This document shows, one piece after another, positions 32,464-44,197 of a stretch of 64,000 nucleotides of DNA. A model generated the notes under the pieces. The model searched no databases, had not been told where the DNA came from, and worked only from the letters and a program-made list of their open reading frames with translations. How positions within the stretch are numbered: position 1 is the stretch's first letter; the number at the start of each line of letters is the position of its first letter. A program made the translations under genes and the position numbers. Source of the DNA: Prochlorococcus sp. AG-355-B18 (GTDB lineage: Bacteria > Cyanobacteriota > Cyanobacteriia > PCC-6307 > Cyanobiaceae); contig QCDI01000002.1 of NCBI GenBank assembly GCA_003280965.1, forward strand, positions 99,712 through 163,711, in the 5' to 3' direction.

Positions 32464-33633
32464 ATGAACGTAATTCAGGAAATTAATAATGTCAACGATA
32501 AATTTGCTACTCAAGGAAGCAAGCTTAGAATTGAAAAAAGGGGAGAGAAATTAAATATAAGAGGCTCACTACCTTCAAAAGAGGATAAAAAAAACTTTAA
32601 AGTTCAAAGAATATCTCTTGGTATAAAGGCTGATATTTCTGGATTAGAGGAGGCTAAAAAAAAATTACAATTAATTAATTTACAACTGGAATTAAACCAA
32701 TTTGACTGGATTAATTGGATAAGCATATCTAATAAAAAGGGGATAAAATATGATTCTGAATTTTCAAATAAATTGAATCTATTTGAGGAATTTTTTTTTA
32801 AGGAAAGCAAAAGTGAATATCTAAACAGCACAAGAAAAACTACTTGGAGAAGTTCTTACAAACCCTATTTGAAAAGAATCCTTAATATTTATAATGATAA
32901 TGAAAATTTAGATTTAGAAAAAATATTTCATAAAACGCTTGAAAGTTATAAGGAGGGAAGTAGAAGTAGAAAACAATGCGCAACTTCACTTAGTGTTTTG
33001 GCTAAGTTTTTGGAAATTAAACTTCCAGATGATTGGAAATTAAATGCTAAAGGATATGGTCTTAATAAAGCAAGTTTTAGGGATCTCCCCTCAGACGAGG
33101 TAATTGAAGAACTTTGGGAGAAAATACCAAACGAATCTTGGAAATTTGTTTTTGCCCTGATGGCTACATATGGATTAAGAAATCATGAAGTATTTTTTTG
33201 TGATTTAAGTTCTCTCAAAAATTTTGGTGACAAAATCATTAGGGTTTTACCAACTACTAAAACAGGGGAACATCAAGTTTGGCCTTTCCATCCTGAATGG
33301 GTAGAAAAGTTCGAATTATCAAAGCTTGGGGAGCATCCAGACCTACTACCAAATATTAATAGAGACCTAAAAACAACAACCTTACAGAATATTGGGAAAA
33401 AAATTACTGACCAATTTAATCGTTATTCTCTACAAATAAAACCTTATGATCTCAGGCATGCTTGGGCAGTAAGAACAATTTTTTATGATTTACCTGATAC
33501 TGTGGCTGCGAGAATGATGGGACATTCGGTTAGTTTACATACTCAAACTTATCACCATTGGATTACGAAACGAGATCAACAAAAAGCAGTTAATAATGCA
33601 CTTCTGAAAGTTAAGAGGGCTAATAGTATTTAA
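32464..33633 (+). CDS. Tyrosine recombinase (phage-integrase family, XisA/XisC-like)
   Basis: YGLRNHE, TKTG, PYDLRHAWA, MMGHS...HTQTY catalytic boxes; N-terminal arm-type domain. Confidence 0.93.
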   Translation: MNVIQEINNVNDKFATQGSKLRIEKRGEKLNIRGSLPSKEDKKNFKVQRISLGIKADISGLEEAKKKLQLINLQLELNQFDWINWISISNKKGIKYDSEFSNKLNLFEEFFFKESKSEYLNSTRKTTWRSSYKPYLKRILNIYNDNENLDLEKIFHKTLESYKEGSRSRKQCATSLSVLAKFLEIKLPDDWKLNAKGYGLNKASFRDLPSDEVIEELWEKIPNESWKFVFALMATYGLRNHEVFFCDLSSLKNFGDKIIRVLPTTKTGEHQVWPFHPEWVEKFELSKLGEHPDLLPNINRDLKTTTLQNIGKKITDQFNRYSLQIKPYDLRHAWAVRTIFYDLPDTVAARMMGHSVSLHTQTYHHWITKRDQQKAVNNALLKVKRANSI

Positions 33634-33665
33634 AGATTTATAATCAAAAATAAAATTCAAATTAT

Positions 33666-34358
33666 ATGCAAGAAAAACCTTTATCTTCAGATAAAAAACT
33701 TAATCTAGATGATCGAGCTAGTGAACTTGGGATGGGAGGAAAAATATCACCAGAGAGCGATGAGATCTCATATAAAAAAAGAATGCAGCAAAGAAAAGAT
33801 ATTCAAGCTGAAAGACTACAAATTAGAAAAACAAAAAAAGGATTATTGATTGTATTCACAGGGAATGGTAAGGGTAAAACAACTGCATCTTTAGGGATGG
33901 CTTTAAGGACGATAGGGCACGGTTATAAAGTAGCAATCATTCAATTTATTAAAGGTGGCTGGACCACTGGAGAAGAAAAAGCACTTAAAAATTTGTCTTC
34001 AAGTATATCTTGGCATTCATTAGGAGAGGGGTTTACTTGGGAAACACAAGATAGAATTAGGGATGAGAAATTAGTTAAAGAAGCATGGCAATTATCTAAA
34101 AAATATATAAAGAATGAATCTTATAAACTCATCATCCTTGATGAAATTAATATTGCTACAAAACTGGGCTATCTTACCTCAGAGGAAATAATCACTTTTT
34201 TAAAAAGTTTAAATAATAGAAATAACCATGTCGTTTTAACCGGAAGGGGCGCATCCGATTCGATTATCAATTATGCTGATTTAGTTACAGAAATGAAACT
34301 AATTAGACATCCGTTTAAAGAACAAGGAATAAAAGCACAAAAATGTGTTGAGTTTTAG
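33666..34358 (+). CDS. cobO: Cob(I)yrinic acid a,c-diamide adenosyltransferase
   Basis: TGNGKGKTTA, QFIKG, GEGFTW, LDEI, LTGR. Confidence 0.96.
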   Translation: MQEKPLSSDKKLNLDDRASELGMGGKISPESDEISYKKRMQQRKDIQAERLQIRKTKKGLLIVFTGNGKGKTTASLGMALRTIGHGYKVAIIQFIKGGWTTGEEKALKNLSSSISWHSLGEGFTWETQDRIRDEKLVKEAWQLSKKYIKNESYKLIILDEINIATKLGYLTSEEIITFLKSLNNRNNHVVLTGRGASDSIINYADLVTEMKLIRHPFKEQGIKAQKCVEF

Positions 34359-34482
34359 TTGAAAATTATTTTTATCATGTTGTTCAAACAGGTTTAGAAA
34401 TGTTTAAAGACGCAAGTAATATCTGAACAAACAATAAATAAGGTACGTTTACTTGCTAAGGTCTTAAAAGAATGGTTATTGA

Positions 34483-35187
34483 ATGACTTACAAAAGAGTT
34501 CTCTTAAAACTTAGTGGTGAAGCACTAATGGGTGAAAAACCTTATGGTATTGATCCTGCTATAGTTCAGTCAATAGCTGAAGACGTTTCAAAAGTAGTCG
34601 AAAATAATATACAACTTGCAATAGTTGTTGGTGGTGGGAATATTTTTAGGGGGCTTAAAGGGTCTGCTGATGGAATGGATAGAGCAACTGCTGATTATGT
34701 AGGGATGCTCGCAACAGTAATGAATGCGATTTCACTTCAAGACGGCCTTGAAAGAGTAGGAGTAGCAACCAGAGTTCAAACTGCTATCGAAATGCAAGAA
34801 ATTGCAGAGCCCTATATTAGAAGAAGAGCCATGAGGCACCTAGAAAAAGGTAGAGTTGTAGTCTTCGGTGGTGGGTGTGGAAACCCATTTTTTACAACTG
34901 ACACTACTGCAGCACTAAGGGCAGCAGAGATAAACGCTGAGGTTGTTATGAAGGCTACTAAAGTTGATGGTGTATATGATTGTGATCCAAACAAATTTGA
35001 AAACGCAAAAAAATATTCCACTCTTAGTTATCAGCAAGTTCTTAGTGATGAAATTGCAGTTATGGACAGTACTGCAATTGCTCTTTGCAAAGATAATAAT
35101 ATCCCAATTATGGTATTTGATATATTCAAAAAAGGTAACATCTCTAAAGCTGTTGCAGGGGAGCCTATAGGATCTTTAATTAGTTAA
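34483..35187 (+). CDS. pyrH: Uridylate kinase
   Basis: [24 protein letters not shown]. Confidence 0.98.
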   Translation: MTYKRVLLKLSGEALMGEKPYGIDPAIVQSIAEDVSKVVENNIQLAIVVGGGNIFRGLKGSADGMDRATADYVGMLATVMNAISLQDGLERVGVATRVQTAIEMQEIAEPYIRRRAMRHLEKGRVVVFGGGCGNPFFTTDTTAALRAAEINAEVVMKATKVDGVYDCDPNKFENAKKYSTLSYQQVLSDEIAVMDSTAIALCKDNNIPIMVFDIFKKGNISKAVAGEPIGSLIS

Positions 35188-35211
35188 AGCTTATTTTATT
35201 TTTTTTTAATT

Positions 35212-35760
35212 ATGAAAGAAAAAGAAATTCAAGAAAATATGAATAAAAGTATTGAAGCCACACAAAGAAACTTTAATACTATAAGAACTGGTAGAGCAAA
35301 TGCCTCATTGCTAGACAGAATAAGTGTCGAGTACTACGGTACTGAAACACCAATTAAATCACTTGCGTCAATTAGTACTGTTGATTCACAAACTATTTCA
35401 ATACAGCCATTCGATATTTCATGTTTACAAGCTATAGAAAAATCTATCTCGATGAGCGATCTAGGTATTACTCCAAATAATGATGGAAAAGTAATAAGAA
35501 TAAATGTTCCTCCATTAACTGAGGAAAGAAGAAAGGAATTTTGTAAACTAGCCTCGAAATATGCAGAGGAAGGAAAAGTAGCTTTGAGGAATATTAGAAG
35601 AGATGCTGTTGATAAGGTAAAGAAAGACGAAAAAGATGGCCTTATTTCAATTGATGAATCTAGAGATAACCAATCTGAAATACAAAAAATTACTGATAAA
35701 TTTATTGCTCTAATAGAAACAAAATTATCTGACAAAGAGAAGGAAATTCTAAAAGTTTGA
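35212..35760 (+). CDS. frr: Ribosome recycling factor
   Basis: [20 protein letters not shown]. Confidence 0.98.
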   Translation: MKEKEIQENMNKSIEATQRNFNTIRTGRANASLLDRISVEYYGTETPIKSLASISTVDSQTISIQPFDISCLQAIEKSISMSDLGITPNNDGKVIRINVPPLTEERRKEFCKLASKYAEEGKVALRNIRRDAVDKVKKDEKDGLISIDESRDNQSEIQKITDKFIALIETKLSDKEKEILKV

Positions 35761-36884
35761 AATGTTTTGACGTCATAGTAATTGGTGGAGGTTTGTCGGG
35801 ATCTTCCACTGCTCTCAACTTAGCAAAAAAAGGATATTCAGTTTTAATTATTGAAAAAGAAAAAAACCAAGATTTTAAACCATGTGCTGGTGGGATGGCA
35901 TCCTCAATGAAGAAATTCCTCCCTTTAGAAATAAAAGATGCAATAGAATCAAAAATCAAGAATGTTGAATTTAGATGGAAGGCGTCAGATAATGTGATTG
36001 CCGATCTGACTGGTGAATCCCCTTTTTGGATTATTAAAAGAGAGAAATTTGATCAATTATTAACTGATGAATCCTTGAGAAATGGAGTTCAAATATTAAG
36101 ACCAGTTTTAGTCGAAAAAATTTCCAAAAAAAATGATAATTGGGAAATTATTTGTAATAATAATAAAAAATATAAATCTGAATTTCTTGTTATTGCAGAC
36201 GGATCCCAGTCCAAATGGGCAGGATATTTCAAATTGGGGCCGAGAAAACCTAAATTTGCAAACACAATCTCATTAAGATTGAAAGGTTTAGGTCAAATTC
36301 CTAAAGATGCAGTTAGATTTGAGTTTGGATTCATAAAATATGGATTTGCTTGGGCATTCCCACTAAAAGAAAGTTTAAATATTGGTCTAGGTACATTTAT
36401 AAATAATAGTCCTCTAGAAAATCAGGCAGTAAATAATCAAGTTATAAGAAGTTTCGGATTTGATGCATTTCCCCATAAAACAATTAATAAAAAATTGAGA
36501 ATATGGAATGGCCTCCACCCAATTAATGGAGATAAAGTTTTAGCAGTAGGGGATGCAGCCTCTCTATGCGATCCATTTTTAGCTGAAGGAATTAGACCGT
36601 CTTTAATTAGCAGTTTTTATGCTGCAGAATCCATAGATCAATGCCTATCAGGGAAAATAGACAATTTGAATCTTTATACGAAAAATATAAACAACAATTG
36701 GGGTAAATCTATGGCTTGGGGGAGGAGAATCGCGCAAGTCTTTTATAGATTTCCCAGAACTGGATATCAATTAGGTGTTAAAAGAAAAACAGCTCCTAAA
36801 CGAATTGCTCAAATATTATCCGGTGAAATGGGTTATGAAGACATCGCAAAAAGAGTTATCAAAAGACTTTTAATAAAGAGCTAA
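35757..36884 (+). CDS. Geranylgeranyl-reductase family FAD-dependent oxidoreductase
   Basis: GGGLSG, KPCAGG, ADG, GFAWAFP, GDAA...[11 protein letters not shown] start overlaps the frr stop. Confidence 0.9.
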   Translation: MKCFDVIVIGGGLSGSSTALNLAKKGYSVLIIEKEKNQDFKPCAGGMASSMKKFLPLEIKDAIESKIKNVEFRWKASDNVIADLTGESPFWIIKREKFDQLLTDESLRNGVQILRPVLVEKISKKNDNWEIICNNNKKYKSEFLVIADGSQSKWAGYFKLGPRKPKFANTISLRLKGLGQIPKDAVRFEFGFIKYGFAWAFPLKESLNIGLGTFINNSPLENQAVNNQVIRSFGFDAFPHKTINKKLRIWNGLHPINGDKVLAVGDAASLCDPFLAEGIRPSLISSFYAAESIDQCLSGKIDNLNLYTKNINNNWGKSMAWGRRIAQVFYRFPRTGYQLGVKRKTAPKRIAQILSGEMGYEDIAKRVIKRLLIKS

Positions 36885-36916
36885 TTTAATTTTTGTTTTT
36901 TAATTAAAGCTTAGAT

Positions 36917-37918
36917 TTAATTTGCTGAAATTAATTTCTGATTTTTTATATCTGAGAATCTCTTTAGTAACAATTGTTCTAATTCTTCAATAGCCTTACT
37001 AAATCCTGTGATGCCTTCACTAAGCTTCTCGCTGGCCATTTGGTCATCCAACATATTCAATCTGAAATCTTTTTCATCAAATTTGTAGTCAACAGAATTA
37101 TTTCTTAGATTAGTTGCATCTAATTTTCTAATTAAATCTCCTTTTTCTTTTTTAAGTTCCTCAAGGAATTTTGGTGCAATTGTCAAAAGATCGCAACCTG
37201 CTAATTCTTTTATTTCATCAAGATTCCTGAAACTCGCCCCCATTACTTCTGTCTTGAATCCTTTTTCTTTAAAGTAATTATAAATTTGTGTAACCGAGAT
37301 AACACCAGGGTCTTCAGCTCCTATAAAACTAGTTTTCCCAGTTTTTGCCTTATGCCAATCCAATATTCGGCCAACGAACGGAGATATTAGAGTAATATTT
37401 GCTTTTGCACAAGTTACCGCTTGGCAGAAGTTAAAAAGTAAAGTTAAGTTGCATTTAATACCCTCTTTTTCCAAAATTTCAGCTGCCTTAATTCCTTCCC
37501 AAGTTGCGGCAATCTTAATCAAAATTCTTTCCTTTTCAATTCCAAAATTTTTGTAAAGATTGATCAATTTTCTCGCTTTTTCTACCGTAGCTTCGGTGTC
37601 AAAGCTAAGTCTTGCATCGACTTCTGTAGATACGCGCCCTGAAATAATTTTCAATATTTCTTTTCCAAAAAATACTGAAACTTGGTCAACAGTTTCTTTA
37701 ATTAATTCAATTTCAGAGAATCCTTGGGGCAATGCATTTTCTGAACTTTCTAGAGCTTTATCAATTAATTTCACATAATCAGGATTCTTAGCAGCAGCAA
37801 GTATTAGCGATGGATTAGTGGTGGCGTCCCTTGGTTGAAATTTTTTTATCGAATCTAAATCTCCAGTATCAGCAACAACAACAGTCATTGAAGATAATTG
37901 TTCTAAAATTGATTTCAT
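36917..37918 (-). CDS. tal: Transaldolase
   Basis: [38 protein letters not shown]. Confidence 0.98.
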   Translation of the reverse strand: MKSILEQLSSMTVVVADTGDLDSIKKFQPRDATTNPSLILAAAKNPDYVKLIDKALESSENALPQGFSEIELIKETVDQVSVFFGKEILKIISGRVSTEVDARLSFDTEATVEKARKLINLYKNFGIEKERILIKIAATWEGIKAAEILEKEGIKCNLTLLFNFCQAVTCAKANITLISPFVGRILDWHKAKTGKTSFIGAEDPGVISVTQIYNYFKEKGFKTEVMGASFRNLDEIKELAGCDLLTIAPKFLEELKKEKGDLIRKLDATNLRNNSVDYKFDEKDFRLNMLDDQMASEKLSEGITGFSKAIEELEQLLLKRFSDIKNQKLISAN

Positions 37919-38009
37919 ATCTAGTTAATCAATATATATCTATAAACTAGCTTTTATTCCTTATGAAATCATCAGATAATGAACTAAATATTTATAAAAC
38001 TGGAAAATT

Positions 38010-39761
38010 TTAGGGTTTTTTAACAATCATTCCGTGATCCTTAATATTAGGAGGTATTTTTTCAATTACTATCAAACTCTCGATAATTTCTTTCGCGACT
38101 GGCACTGCAACAGTTGAACCGTATGCATATGATTTAGATGGCTCATCAACTACTACGAGGACAGCATATTTTGGATCATTAACTGGTAAGGTAGCTACAA
38201 AGCTACAAACTTTTTTGCTTGAATACAAACCATTTAAAGCTTTTTGAGACGTCCCTGTTTTACCAGCTATTCTGTAACCTTCAATTTTTACTCCAGATCC
38301 ACTACCTTTATCAACTACGCTCTCCATCCATTCAAGAACAGTTTTAGAAACCTCGTTTGAAAAAAATTGTTTTTTTGGATTTTCATTAAATCTTTCTTTA
38401 AAAGTTGAGGTTACATGTGGAGTCACTTCAAAACCCCCATTTGCTAGAGCTGCATGAAGCTGAACCAATTTAAGTGGTGAGATCGAGAAACCTTTACCAA
38501 AAGAAGTTACAGCAGGCTCAATGGATTGATTTACAAATAAATCTTTTCTTTTTAGTTGGCCAGCAGTTGATTCAAATAAGTCAGTCTCTAAATTTTTATT
38601 TATACCTAAATTTATTAGCCAATCCCAATAGATTGTGGGGTCTAAATTTTGCATTATTTTTACCATCCCAACATTACTTGAAACCTGCAAAACTTTTGGA
38701 TAATCAATGTATCCATTACCTTTTTTATTCCAATTAGAAAGTGTCCATCCTCCAACATTAATCTTTCCAATATCTTCAACTACTCCATCTTTCTGGATTA
38801 CTTTTTCTTCTAAAGCTAAGGCAAGATTAATAGGTTTAAAAGTGGAACCAGGCTCAAATAAATCTTGAGAATACCAACCCCTAAAAAGTTCAGAATCATA
38901 CTGCCAAAATTTATTTGGATCATATGTAGGAACTGTAACCAAGGAGAGAATCCTGCCATTGTTAACATCCATAACTATGGCAAATCCCTTCTTTGCTCTC
39001 CATTTGCTTACTTGCTTTGATAATGCATTGAATGACGCTTTCTGTAATTTTGAATCTATAGTTAGGCCTAAACTTTTGTAATCAGAAATAAAATCACCTG
39101 GGGCTGAATTATCCGGGAGAGGAGTTCCGTCGCCCCCTCTTTTTAAAAAATTACTTTTATTAAAAACTTTAATTTGCTTATCTAAATGTAGCTCTAAACC
39201 TGCTGAAGGTATATTCTCATCATTAACAAACCCGACAAGATTAGAGTAAAGCTCTCCTTGTGGATAATATCTCTGCGAATATTTAAACAAATCAAGTCCG
39301 CTTATTTGAAGTTTCTTAATCTTTTCTGCCTTTTCTTCTGAAATTTTATCCAAAAGCTTGATACCACTCATTTTATTATTAAATTTCCTCAAGAGTATTT
39401 CATTATTAATATCCAAGATTGGTGACAATTTTTGTGTAACTTCTTCAATACTGCGAACTCTGTTAATTGAATCACCAGGAAAATTAAAATATTTTGGATG
39501 GGCCCATAATCTATATAGCGGTTTGTCGTAAGCAATTAGTCTATTATTTCTATCAACAATTGGTCTCCTTTTTTTTAAAGAGTTAGTTTTAGAAGACTGA
39601 ACTAATCTAGCTTTCCTTTGCAAATCAGAAGCGTTAAAGACTTGCAAATTAACTAACCTACCAAACAAACTCAGTATTATTAGCAGGCTAAAAATATAGA
39701 GCAATTTAAATCTTCTTTGATCAAGGGGTAAAATATGAATATTTTTTTTATATTTTTTCAT
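38010..39761 (-). CDS. ftsI: Class B penicillin-binding protein (FtsI)
   Basis: EPGSTFK (SxxK), SSN, KTGT; N-terminal TM; ATG 39761 overlaps the upstream stop (TGATG). Confidence 0.93.
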   Translation of the reverse strand: MKKYKKNIHILPLDQRRFKLLYIFSLLIILSLFGRLVNLQVFNASDLQRKARLVQSSKTNSLKKRRPIVDRNNRLIAYDKPLYRLWAHPKYFNFPGDSINRVRSIEEVTQKLSPILDINNEILLRKFNNKMSGIKLLDKISEEKAEKIKKLQISGLDLFKYSQRYYPQGELYSNLVGFVNDENIPSAGLELHLDKQIKVFNKSNFLKRGGDGTPLPDNSAPGDFISDYKSLGLTIDSKLQKASFNALSKQVSKWRAKKGFAIVMDVNNGRILSLVTVPTYDPNKFWQYDSELFRGWYSQDLFEPGSTFKPINLALALEEKVIQKDGVVEDIGKINVGGWTLSNWNKKGNGYIDYPKVLQVSSNVGMVKIMQNLDPTIYWDWLINLGINKNLETDLFESTAGQLKRKDLFVNQSIEPAVTSFGKGFSISPLKLVQLHAALANGGFEVTPHVTSTFKERFNENPKKQFFSNEVSKTVLEWMESVVDKGSGSGVKIEGYRIAGKTGTSQKALNGLYSSKKVCSFVATLPVNDPKYAVLVVVDEPSKSYAYGSTVAVPVAKEIIESLIVIEKIPPNIKDHGMIVKKP

Positions 39762-40192
39762 CAATATCCCACTTGATATTTGCTGTCTCTGAAGCCTTCA
39801 AAGAAGATTATGAGATTTTTCCCGAAAAAACTCTCTTTTTTTTCTGCAACTTTATCGAGATAAATTAAATCTTTGGGTTTAGTTTTTTTATAACTATTAA
39901 GAGATTCAAGTTCGCTAATATAAAACTCTTCTGTTTGAGAAATATAGTCAATTAGATTATTATTCATTGCCCTTGTTTTAGATAAAGTTTTATATGTATT
40001 TGACCATTTCCTTTGGCTATCCAAAGATAAAAAAAATAATGTAAAGATTAAAACTATAAAGGAGATATTAATAGTGTCGAATATTTGATGTATTAATTTG
40101 ATATTTAATTTAGAAATATTTTTTTCAGAATTTTTTTGACTTCCATATGAAAGTTTTTTTTTTAAATAAGATTTTTTGCCATAAAGTCTCAT
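39761..40192 (-). CDS. Conserved membrane protein, possible FtsL-like
   Basis: Basic N-terminus, single TM, coiled coil; stop overlaps the ftsI start. Confidence 0.6.
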   Translation of the reverse strand: MRLYGKKSYLKKKLSYGSQKNSEKNISKLNIKLIHQIFDTINISFIVLIFTLFFLSLDSQRKWSNTYKTLSKTRAMNNNLIDYISQTEEFYISELESLNSYKKTKPKDLIYLDKVAEKKESFFGKNLIIFFEGFRDSKYQVGY

Positions 40193-40275
40193 CTAAAATT
40201 TATTTAATTAAAAGAAGCATTATTAATTAAATAAACATCTTTAAGTTTGATATGCAAGTAATAAAATTAAATTCT

Positions 40276-41637
40276 TTATGTTCTTAATAAGAACAAATTT
40301 AAGAAGGTTAATCCATTCCATAAAGAATGCATAATTACGGAAGAAAGCAAGCTACCTGAAACGATTCTTGTAATCCCAAGTCCTATTCCTAGAACAAATA
40401 ATGGAGGCATTTCCCCAATACTTAAATGAGCCAAAGCAAAAATAAAAGCTGAAACTATAATGCCCCAAATCACTCCAAAATCTCTTGAGAGAGTTGGTAA
40501 TAAAATACCGCGAAATATGATCTCTTCAAAGAAAGGAGCTAAGAGGGTTGTTGTTGCAAATAAAATAATAAATGAAAAGTAATTCTTGTTATTAAGAACA
40601 ATTTCTAATAAAGGGTTACTTCCATTCTGATTATCAATCAGACTATTCATAATTACAGATATCAATAAAACAAAAGGAACAATAGTTAACCAGCCTTTAA
40701 TTCCATAAATAATTGCATGTTTTATGGACGCGAACTTGAACTGAAAATAATCTTTTTTTAAAATAAATTCACCCTTTACGGATTTAACTTGATAATAAAC
40801 TATTAATAATGGTGGAATAGCCATAAAGAGATATCCAAAAAATATTTTTAGAGATTGAGACAGCTCATTTGAAATATTTTTAGAGAAAAGTTCAACTAAA
40901 GTAATTGAAAATAAGGGAGAAACAACCTCTCCTAGGACAACAAATCCTCCTGCAATCAATAAAACCATATCTATTAATTCCAACTCTAGGGGTTCAATTT
41001 CTTTCCAACCAAACTTTTTTAAATATATAACTTTCCATAATGTTTTTAGAGCCAGAATTGAGCCAATCAAAATTGTTACTAGTGGTATAAATCTTATAGC
41101 TAATATTTTTAAAAACATTTTGCTTGAAAATGATTTTGTAATTAATGAACTATCATCAAAATCAAGTTCCTTACTTAAAAGATGATATAAGAATCTATCA
41201 TCTTTAAATAAATCAAACTTATCAGAACTAGGTTTATACAAATTATTATTAGATTTTTTTTCTATCTCTTTTATTAGTAAGTTATAGTTTTTATTTTTAA
41301 ACTCTTTTGATATATTTTTATCAATTTTAAATGCATTTGATTCTGAAGAAATAATTCGAATTAATTTATTTCTTTCTGTTAGTTCATTAAATGATACCTG
41401 TGATAGTAAATTATTTATTTCATCAACTGGATCATTTGTGATAAGAAATTTTTTAAGTTTTATTGGTATTGATGGGATTGCTAATTCAGCAATTTCCTGT
41501 TCTGTTTGACTTATATCGAATGAAACAGATGGTCTACTCAAACTATCTCTTAAGCCTTGTTGCCATACAAAAAAAGTTATGACTAAGGAAATTAAAGCTA
41601 AGGAAATTTTTGTCTTAGAAATATTTTTAAAGATCAT
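40276..41637 (-). CDS. CPBP (Abi/CAAX) family intramembrane protease
   Basis: EEIIFRG, FALAH, HSLWN motifs. Confidence 0.92.
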   Translation of the reverse strand: MIFKNISKTKISLALISLVITFFVWQQGLRDSLSRPSVSFDISQTEQEIAELAIPSIPIKLKKFLITNDPVDEINNLLSQVSFNELTERNKLIRIISSESNAFKIDKNISKEFKNKNYNLLIKEIEKKSNNNLYKPSSDKFDLFKDDRFLYHLLSKELDFDDSSLITKSFSSKMFLKILAIRFIPLVTILIGSILALKTLWKVIYLKKFGWKEIEPLELELIDMVLLIAGGFVVLGEVVSPLFSITLVELFSKNISNELSQSLKIFFGYLFMAIPPLLIVYYQVKSVKGEFILKKDYFQFKFASIKHAIIYGIKGWLTIVPFVLLISVIMNSLIDNQNGSNPLLEIVLNNKNYFSFIILFATTTLLAPFFEEIIFRGILLPTLSRDFGVIWGIIVSAFIFALAHLSIGEMPPLFVLGIGLGITRIVSGSLLSSVIMHSLWNGLTFLNLFLLRT

Positions 41638-41753
41638 AATTCATTATAAAGCTAAAAAATATAGTTAGACATCATTGAAATTTCTAATATTTATGTACCT
41701 ATTTTTATCACGCCATGAGATGATTAAATAATCATCATTTTCAAATTAATATA

Positions 41754-43082
41754 ATGACTATAAGATTAGTTTTAGTTAGGCATGGACTAAGCAGTTTCAA
41801 TGCAAAAGGATTGATTCAAGGTAGAACAGATGATTCATTATTAACTGAAGAAGGGTACAAACAAGCCCTCAAAGCAGGAAAAGCATTATCGAAAATAAAT
41901 TTTAATAAGATCTATTCATCTCCTCTCTTGAGAGCCGCTGAGACTGCAAAAACAATTAAAAAAAGCTTCCATGAAGAACAAGATATTATATTTGATAACA
42001 ATTTGTTAGAGATAGACCTTAGTGAATGGTCTGGTCTAAAAATTGATGAAATAAAAAACAAATTTCCAGAAATTTACCCTATATGGAAAAATGATCCAGA
42101 AAATCTAATTTTAAAAAAAGGTGATGGTAAAACTTATAAACCAATTCAAGAGTTATTTGATCAAGCAACTAATTTTATAGAAGATATTTTGAAAAATTAT
42201 TTAGATAAAGACGATATTAATATTTTAGTCGTTGGACATAATGCGATTCTTAGATGTTTAATCCTCTTATTAATAGGAAAACCTCCTCAAGGTTTTAGAA
42301 AAATAAGGTTAGAAAATGCTTCTTTCTCAATTCTCAATATTACAAAAATTTATAACTCTTTTAAGACACAGATTGAATGCTTAAATCAAACTTCCCATCT
42401 TAATAAAAATGTTCCAAATAAAATTGGAGATTCCAGAATATTTCTTATAAGGCATGGTGAAACTAACTGGAACAAAGAAGGTAGATTTCAAGGCCAAATT
42501 GATATCCCTTTAAATGAAAACGGAAAAGATCAAGCTAGAAAGACTTTTGAATATTTGAGAAATATTTCTTTCAATAAGGCATTTTCAAGTTCAATGCATA
42601 GGCCTTATAAAACTGCACAAATAATCCTTCAAAATAACAAAGATTTAAAAATTGAGAAAATAGATTCACTCGTAGAAATCAGTCACGGATTATGGGAGGG
42701 TAAATTGGAAGCAGAAATTAGAGAAGAGTGGCCTGCTTTACTTAAAAATTGGCATGATAAACCTGAAGAAGTAATAATGCCCGAAGGGGAATCTATAAAA
42801 GACGTATCAGAAAGATCCATAGAAGCTTTTAATAATATTTGTTTATCTCAAAAAGATAACGATTTAACACTTCTAGTTGCTCATGATGCAGTAAATAAAA
42901 CTCTTATTTGCAATATCCTAGGCTTAAATTATTCCAACATATGGATGATAAAACAAGGTAATGGAGGCATAACTGTAATTGACCTCTTCAATGATCCCAG
43001 TAAACCCCCTGTGATTAGTGCTCTTAACATCACTACACATCTTGGGGGAATAATTGATCCAACTGCTTCAGGAGCACTTTAA
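41754..43082 (+). CDS. Tandem histidine phosphatase (phosphoglycerate mutase-like) protein
   Basis: Two domains, each with RHG...QG..D and SS..R. Confidence 0.92.
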   Translation: MTIRLVLVRHGLSSFNAKGLIQGRTDDSLLTEEGYKQALKAGKALSKINFNKIYSSPLLRAAETAKTIKKSFHEEQDIIFDNNLLEIDLSEWSGLKIDEIKNKFPEIYPIWKNDPENLILKKGDGKTYKPIQELFDQATNFIEDILKNYLDKDDINILVVGHNAILRCLILLLIGKPPQGFRKIRLENASFSILNITKIYNSFKTQIECLNQTSHLNKNVPNKIGDSRIFLIRHGETNWNKEGRFQGQIDIPLNENGKDQARKTFEYLRNISFNKAFSSSMHRPYKTAQIILQNNKDLKIEKIDSLVEISHGLWEGKLEAEIREEWPALLKNWHDKPEEVIMPEGESIKDVSERSIEAFNNICLSQKDNDLTLLVAHDAVNKTLICNILGLNYSNIWMIKQGNGGITVIDLFNDPSKPPVISALNITTHLGGIIDPTASGAL

Positions 43083-43142
43083 ATTAAAAAGCTTTTTAAA
43101 GTAATATTTTTGTTCAAGTCTGAGTAATAAGAGAGACTTGTT

Positions 43143-43802
43143 TTATTGAAAAAAGCCTACTTTACTAAGAGGCCAAAATCTTAAATATGCTTTTCCAATG
43201 ATCTCTTTTTTGTGAAGAAATTTACTTCCAGGCCAATATCTCCCATCCCAACTATTTGACCTATTATCGCCTAAAACTAAAAAATGATCTTCTGGAACTT
43301 TAATATTTTCAAATGCACCACAATTGTTATTAAAAAAAGATAAAGAGCATTTATACGATAAATAAGGTTCAGCAATTAATTTATTATTAATTATCACTTC
43401 ACCTTTTTTATTTACGCTAACAATTTCTCCAGGGAGTGCCACCACTCTTTTAATATAAGCATCGCAAGCTTGATCCCTCAAGCCAGGAATAAAAGAAATT
43501 GGAGGGAAACTCATAAAAAAACAATATCTTTTTTTTGGCAACGGCTTAGATCTCGATGAGATTAGTTTTTCATCAAATGCGTAAGGAGAATTAAAAACAA
43601 CAATATCTCCTCTTTTTGGTAAAGAGTTCCTCAGAGAAAGTTTTTCAATAATTAACCTATCGTTTATTTGTAATTCTGGGAGCATAGAACCTGATGGAAT
43701 ATAACGAGGTTCTGCAAAAAATGATCTACAAGAAGAAACAAAAAAAGTTAATAAAATTAGTAGGCCCCATTCCTTTAAGAAACTTTTTACAAAAGCAGGC
43801 AT
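43143..43802 (-). CDS. lepB: Signal peptidase I
   Basis: IPSGSMLP, YIKRV, GDNRSNSWDGR. Confidence 0.96.
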   Translation of the reverse strand: MPAFVKSFLKEWGLLILLTFFVSSCRSFFAEPRYIPSGSMLPELQINDRLIIEKLSLRNSLPKRGDIVVFNSPYAFDEKLISSRSKPLPKKRYCFFMSFPPISFIPGLRDQACDAYIKRVVALPGEIVSVNKKGEVIINNKLIAEPYLSYKCSLSFFNNNCGAFENIKVPEDHFLVLGDNRSNSWDGRYWPGSKFLHKKEIIGKAYLRFWPLSKVGFFQ

Positions 43803-43840
43803 AAATTTATCGACGGATTATTATTTTAACCTTACATAAT

Positions 43841-44197
43841 TTAGATAAATTGTTCGGCATATTCAATTTCGTTGAATCCTAATATTACTTTTTCTTCTTC
43901 GTAAACCAAAAAAGGTCTTTTTATTAATTTACCATCACTTAAAAGAAGTTGAATAATTTCTTCCCTTGATAAACCATTTATATCAATATTAAGCGTTTTA
44001 AAGGCTTTACCTCTTGTATTGAAAATCCTTTTCTTATCGTCAGAGTATTGTTTTAAGGCTATATTTAAATAATTAACGAGTGGTGGTTCTTTTGTAATAT
44101 CAATTAATTGGAATTGAAAATCTTTGCTTTCAAGCCACTTTGCAGCTTTTCGGCAGGTAGAGCATCTTAAATAACTATAAAAAATTATTTTATTCAA
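43841..44197 (-). CDS. ArsC/Spx/YffB family thioredoxin-fold protein
   Basis: CSTCRKA, NTRG, LIKRP. Confidence 0.9.
   Translation of the reverse strand: MNKIIFYSYLRCSTCRKAAKWLESKDFQFQLIDITKEPPLVNYLNIALKQYSDDKKRIFNTRGKAFKTLNIDINGLSREEIIQLLLSDGKLIKRPFLVYEEEKVILGFNEIEYAEQFI

Noticed and set aside
32399..33665. Prophage or genomic island at the recombinase
   Set aside because: Flanked immediately by hemH and cobO; no cargo genes, tRNA target or att repeats seen
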